Part shown: one piece after another, positions 58,148-64,000 of the stretch | How positions within the stretch are numbered: position 1 is the stretch's first letter | Layout of the letters: each line of letters starts with the position of its first letter | Assembly: GCF_009914755.1 (NCBI RefSeq) | Contig: NC_060926.1 | Reading direction: 5' to 3' (one strand) | Length of the DNA stretch: 64,000 nucleotides | Origin: the human T2T-CHM13v2.0 reference genome, Homo sapiens | Notes under the pieces: generated by a model | The model's input: the letters and a program-made list of their open reading frames with translations, nothing else | Told to the model about the DNA's origin: nothing | Databases searched by the model: none | Program-made: the position numbers and the translations under genes

Positions 58148-61100
58148 TTAGCAATGTTCCTGCTGCTCTCCTTAAGATTTTACTGTAGAAACTCTAAAGC
58201 CTGGGAAATGTCAAAGTCACATTCTCAAACCAAAGACACGTCTAAGGGAAGAAAAGTAAGATAGAAATAAGCTGAACTTTTCTGGTCAGGAATGCAGATG
58301 GTAGAAGTGGTGTTAACATCCTGGAAGGAAGGTTCTGCTCACAAGGATACTCACTGTAGAATTGTTCACTGCAGTAAAAAGTTGGAAACTACCTACTGGG
58401 TCCTGAATGAAATAACAATTAATTAAATGAAAATGGTGGTTTGGAAGTAATTTAAGTTAGTGTTAAGCACCATCCATAGGCTCCTTTTCTTTACCTCACA
58501 GGGATAGCCCTATTTCCAGCCAGCTTTCTAGAAACTCTTTTTTTCAATTTAATAAGTTAATTGTATGTTTTTTGTTCTGAACATTATCTTTAGAGAGTAT
58601 TCCTATCTCTGTTTATTTCTCATCCAACAAAAAACTGACAAAACCACATGTGTGCATATGGTCAAGGTTTTTAAAAATTATAAATTTAACATGGATTCAT
58701 TTGGAAAACAAAAGCATAAAGAAGACATCGAAATCTGTGATTTACTCCTCATCCAGATGTATAGCTAGTATTGGCTTGTCCCGATAGCCTTTAAATATTC
58801 TTTTCTATTGCTCAAATTTCTCTTCTCCTTTGGAATTTTGCTTTCCATGCCTATTCAGGTGTGAATCATTTGCCCTCTGATCTCTCCGTGTTATGGATCA
58901 ATTCCACCAGTCTTTTTCTTCTGCCTGAGAGACTTTCACCTCTTTTTAATAATACTCAATAAGGCTGTGTTTATTTTCTTCTTCCAGTGAACTTTTTTTT
59001 TGGTTCTGGGGCACCAACTGAAGATTCAATAATTGTTTTCTGGATCAGAAATATGAATAATAAAATTCCTGAGATAATCATGAAGTTTCATGTGGTCTCT
59101 TGTGTGGAGCTGAACATCTATAGGATTAATGGACTGACTTAATCAAGCTACTAATGGGCTCCTTTTCCTTTAAGAAACCATTTTTAGTTTTGTAAATTTA
59201 TGCAAACCTATGTCAGTGAGGTTCATTTACCTATGATTTCTAAACAACAATAACATTGTGGAGTGGTAGTAATATTGAGTATTATGGGAACTTATTGAAA
59301 CTTCTATGGCAGACATACAAATGTGCCAGCTTTCATACAGTGAATGGAAGTGGATTGAAAGCTATGACACTCTGTTTAGCCATAAGGAGACAGAATGGCA
59401 GAGTAGAAAGAATGTTGAACTAAAAATAAAGGAAATTAAGTTCTAATCTGGATTCTGACACAATTGTTTGACCTCATCTGCAAAATCATAATGTTCATCC
59501 AAATGATTTCCAAAGTCCCTTCTAGTAAAGAAATTCCATATATTATCATGCTGCTTTTCTACTAAACACAGAAGAGATGAGTTTGGGTTTCAAGGAAGTG
59601 TTTCCTGACCTAAAGTATAACAAGACACCACATATTTTGCTAAGGGAGGTAGAGAATTCTTCACAAGAGAGTTTTTAAAAAAGGAAAAATCAGCTCCCTA
59701 AAGTAGGGTATGTGCAATCTTCCAAAGGAGCATGAGATTGAGGCACTAAAGGAACTTGCAATGTCTCCAACCAGAAGATTCTGAATTCACTTGCAACTTC
59801 CCACAGTAACAAATGAAAATCATACTCTAGAACACTGGGTTTGCTGGGTAAAGACACTTAGTGTAGCAAGCTCCACTTATAATGGGAGCCTCTGTCTCTC
59901 CTCTGCCTGATGCTCTTCAGGCAGTAGTGTCTATATTTATTATTTACTAAAATCATGGATGACAGTTCTCTGAATTTTCTGCCTGGTCATTCAGTTGGAT
60001 ATCTATAAAAAACATAGTGGGAGAAAATATTTATTAAAAACTTACAAGGTAGGCAATTTGCTACATTATTTGCTCATCTAATTCTCATAACTACATAAAG
60101 CAACATGATACAGTGATGCCTTAGTCTTCTCACCTATAAAAGGGAGAAAAGAAATGGTGAAGTTTTGCGAGAATAAATGAAATAATACAAAGCACTGTAC
60201 CTAATAAGTATCTTTGATGTGTGACTGCTCTATATTAACATAATGATGAGCACATGATAAGTGTTTAAATATGCCCACTGAATTGACCTGAGTTGAATGA
60301 AATTGAAATGCAGATAAATGATTTTTATTTTCTCCACTACTGCTGGTGAGCTGGGCAGGAATGTTACTTCACTAGAGTTTTGTAACAAGTCCACTAAACA
60401 AAGTGGAATATATCCCAGGTCAAGCAAAAAGAGCAAAGGTACTGAACAGAATTGGTGAGATAAATACACATTGACAGAAAGAATGTATAATGAAAGGTTT
60501 ATAGTCTGTGTGGAAATACAGAAGAAAAGAATGGGACCAGATGTTCACCAGCACCATGCAGGAAAGGAAGAGGATGTATTAGAATACTCTAAATGCTTTA
60601 ATAGAAACCCCAAAAATTTGTTATCAAAACACTATATAAAATTTTTATAAAATATATGAAAACAGTACTGAATAATGTATATCCTCTCCTCTCCTACATG
60701 TTAGAAAACCATTGATCTTTAGTTGTCCCAGATTTATTTCTTGGAAAAATAATTTCACAGTCAATCTATATAGTCTTGGGAATACAGTTTTAACATCTCC
60801 AGTCTTAGATCACTGCTTTTGTTTGTTTTGTTTGTTTGGAAATACATAGTTTGGTCTCTTGGGCCTTTTTTATTTGTAGTAACAGGGAATTACGCATAAG
60901 AAAATATTTGACATTAATGTATTTTCTTTTCTTTGGGCTAATATATCCTTTGACACTATGTAAGGTTTTTTTACTTGATTATCTTTTGGGGTAAAAGAGG
61001 TGAAGAATATTAATGAAAGAAACCTCATTTTAAAATTCCATGAGAAGAGAATATAGTTTCTGGAAGGCTAGTCTTCATTTTATGAATTGGTTCAGTAATC

Positions 61101-62504
61101 TGCCTTTGTAATTACTCAACGAATGAAACACCCTGGAATAGTCAAAGCAACAGAATGCCTCAGGTTTGAACTTGTTCCTAATTTACTATTAATTTGTTAA
61201 GAATCGTTCCAGATCTTTTGCTGTAGTCACACATGAACAATTCATCTTGTGGTATCACAGTCCTCCAGGAAACTGACTGTACCTGCGGCTTCTGGGTGAA
61301 ACAGCAGTTGATTCAGAATTCTAGTTCTCTTAAACTTAGAATAATAATTTAGAAACTCACCTCAAATTAAATCTGAGCAGACAGATCTAAAAGCAAGGAG
61401 GAGATGCTAAAAGAGGGCAGAATGAACTTACATACAAAAGGTTTAAATTTCCTCATGAAGGGATTAACCTAGATGTGTAAGTGAAGGAGGAAAGACAAGG
61501 ATGAGAACTTGACCTCATCTGTATTTCCTTCTTATTTTAAATAATCTCTTTAAATTTCAATGCCCTAGTTTATATGAAGGTAAGCCATGAATATTCCTTT
61601 TAGTCTAATCTGAGGAATTTGTCTTTGTCCTTTTGCTTAAAATAATTTATTTAATCTTATATTTGAAAATCTACTACTTGGCTGAGTACAGAAGCTCTGC
61701 TGTTCAACATTCTTCCTTCATCTGAATTGTTGGCAGTACTTTCCTGTGAAATAATACCTAGAATAATCTGTAATCTGAATAATACCTAGAATGCCAAATA
61801 TCATCTATAAAATGGAAATCAACTGATAGTTGTTACTGACTCTCCATAAGATGAGTCATCAATAGGTTCTGTGCAGTTTCTTTCTCCAGGTTACTCAGGC
61901 AGAGTCTTTAGGTAAAGCTCATAAATTAGCAGGAGTCCAACATGTATTCTCCAGAGGAAACAGGTCTGAAGGTTTATTCCAAAACTGTCTGCTAGTTAGT
62001 GTCAGAACTGGGAGAGACAGCTAGGTACCATACTCGTGCTCTGAGATGCTTACATGGCAATAGCACAATTGCATCTTGCCTGTGATTGTGATCCACTCAT
62101 GAGCATGTCTTCCATTTGCTGTGTTCTCTCCCTGTTCCCATTAATAATCTAGACCTACTGTGACTCTCTTTGTCATCAACTTCTACTAATCCTTCAGATT
62201 TCTATTTAGGAACTTTGTAAGATGGGGCTAACAAGATTCCCAGAGCTCACACAGGGTTAGCTATCGCTATCATTCCTGTTCCCACCAGCCAGAGCAAAGA
62301 GGCCTCAAACACACACAGCATTGGGTATAGTATTCCAAAAGCATAAAAGAACATTTAAAGGTTCTAACTGATCTAACTGAATCATGTAACATAACTGTAC
62401 AACAAAATTAAGTAAGTCACTATTTAGAATGACTGAAGAAAAAAAAAAACCCTGCACCCGTCAAACTGTAAAATTCACAATGTCTGGCATTCAAATAACA
62501 CAGG

Positions 62505-63545
62505 GGAAAAGTGGGAAAAGGATTTGAACAGATGCTTCTTTACAGAAGGCATATAGATGACCAACAGGTAAATGAAAACTTGTTAAACATCACTAATTCT
62601 CAGAGAAATGCAAATCAAAACTACAATGAGATATCATCTCACATTTGTTAGGACGGGACGGTAGTTACCAAAAAAATACAAGATAAGTGTTGGTAAGGAT
62701 GTGGAAAATTTGGAATTATTATACACTGTTGGTGGGAATGTGAAATGGTGCAGTAGATATGAAAAATAGTATGGAGTTTCCTCACAAAATTAAAAATAGA
62801 ACTACCAGATAATGTAGCAATCTCTCTTACGGTATTTATCTCAAATAATTGAAATCAGGATCTTGAAAAGAAAATGCACCCCCAGGTTCACTGTAGCATT
62901 ATTCACAATAACCAAGATATGGAAACAATTTGTGTCATTCCACAGATGAAGAATGAAGAAAATGTGGTATATATATATACATACAACAGACTATAATTCA
63001 GCCTCAAAAAAAAAAAAAAAGAAAGAAAGAAAAGAAAATCCTGCCACTGGTGACAACATGCATGAAGCTGGAGAACATTATGTTAAGTGAAATAAGCCAG
63101 TTTCTGAACAAATACTTCATGAAACCACTTTTATGAGGTATCTTTAATAGTCAAACTCACAGAAACAGAATACAATAGCAGTTTCCAGGGGCTTGGAGGT
63201 GAAGGAAGTGAGGAGTTGTTCAATCAATATAACGATTCAGTTACACAAGATGAGTAAGTTTTTGGGATCCACTGTACAACACAGTGCCTGTAGTTAATAA
63301 TATGGTATTGTGCATTGAAAAAAAAAAGTAAAGATACTGTGTTAAGTGTTCTTGACATGAAAATAAAACAAAATAAAAAAGGAGGGGCATGAGGAAACTT
63401 TGGGAAGTATTGGATATGTCTGTTACCTTGATTGTAGTGATGGTATTATGGGTGTTTGTGTATGTCCAAACTCATCAAATTCTCATTAAATATATACATT
63501 TCTTTGTATATGTCAATAATACTTCAATAAAGCTGTTTTAAAAAA
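62505..63545 (+). mobile_element. L1MA9/L1MB-like 3' part
   Basis: gaaatgcaaatcaaaactacaatgag ORF2 end; 3' UTR ending cttcaataaagctgttttaaaa. Confidence 0.85.
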
Positions 63546-64000
63546 GAACAATAAGAAGAAGACAGTGTTTGAGAAGAATTTTAGAAATTAGATATTAACT
63601 AGAGTAAGACTGTGGAAAGAAATATTCAATTATTTTATTCAAAGCAGCTGTGTTACATCCTTGCTTTCTAAGAAAAGGTGGTTTAATTATCTCAATACTT
63701 CCTAAGATAGGCGTTTGAAAGAAATTTCTCTAAGGAGCAAATATAGTGAAGGTAATTTACATCTGAGCAAACAGTTGCTTTATCCTTTAAATGGTAATTT
63801 GGGAATGCAACAGCAAGTCTGACGTACTTTTTTGTATCCTAATTTACAGTTTTTAAAATTAGAATAAACATAAAGCCAGTCTATTTTTGCAATTGCTATC
63901 TGATATCTGTTTTTCTTTCTTTGGTGACAAATAGAAATTTATGATAAAGATGACCTCTAAAATCTCTGAGATCTCTAAACTGAACATCTTCACTTTGTAT

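Overview
Primate genomic DNA, most likely human or great ape, because it carries an L1PA2-type LINE-1 and a HERV-H/LTR7 provirus. The window is AT-rich and dominated by transposable elements, and I see no supportable cellular protein-coding exon. It contains the 3' 4.2 kb of a HERV-H provirus (gag end, pro, deleted pol, env remnant, 3' LTR7), many old L1 fragments, three Alus, several solo LTRs (LTR1-like, two MLT2, MST), DNA-transposon MITEs (MADE1, MER5, MER58) and MIR/L2 relics. It also holds a full-length TSD-flanked L1PA2 (48395-54478) with dead ORF1/ORF2 but an intact antisense ORF0, facing a 5'-truncated L1PA5-like copy tail-to-tail. The most notable observation is that these two inverted L1s of different ages share two non-consensus substitutions, one of them an identical nonsense codon, which suggests gene conversion between the arms of a ~2 kb inverted repeat. 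Other oddities are a TSD-flanked L1PB with an internal deletion plus inversion, an inverted duplication inside an MST LTR, a triplicated deletion junction in an L1MA, candidate short 3' transductions, and point mutations in the LTR7 SOX motif and the L1 YY1 site. Subfamily names and consensus comparisons are from memory and need RepeatMasker/Dfam confirmation. I find no evidence of a wholly new biological system.
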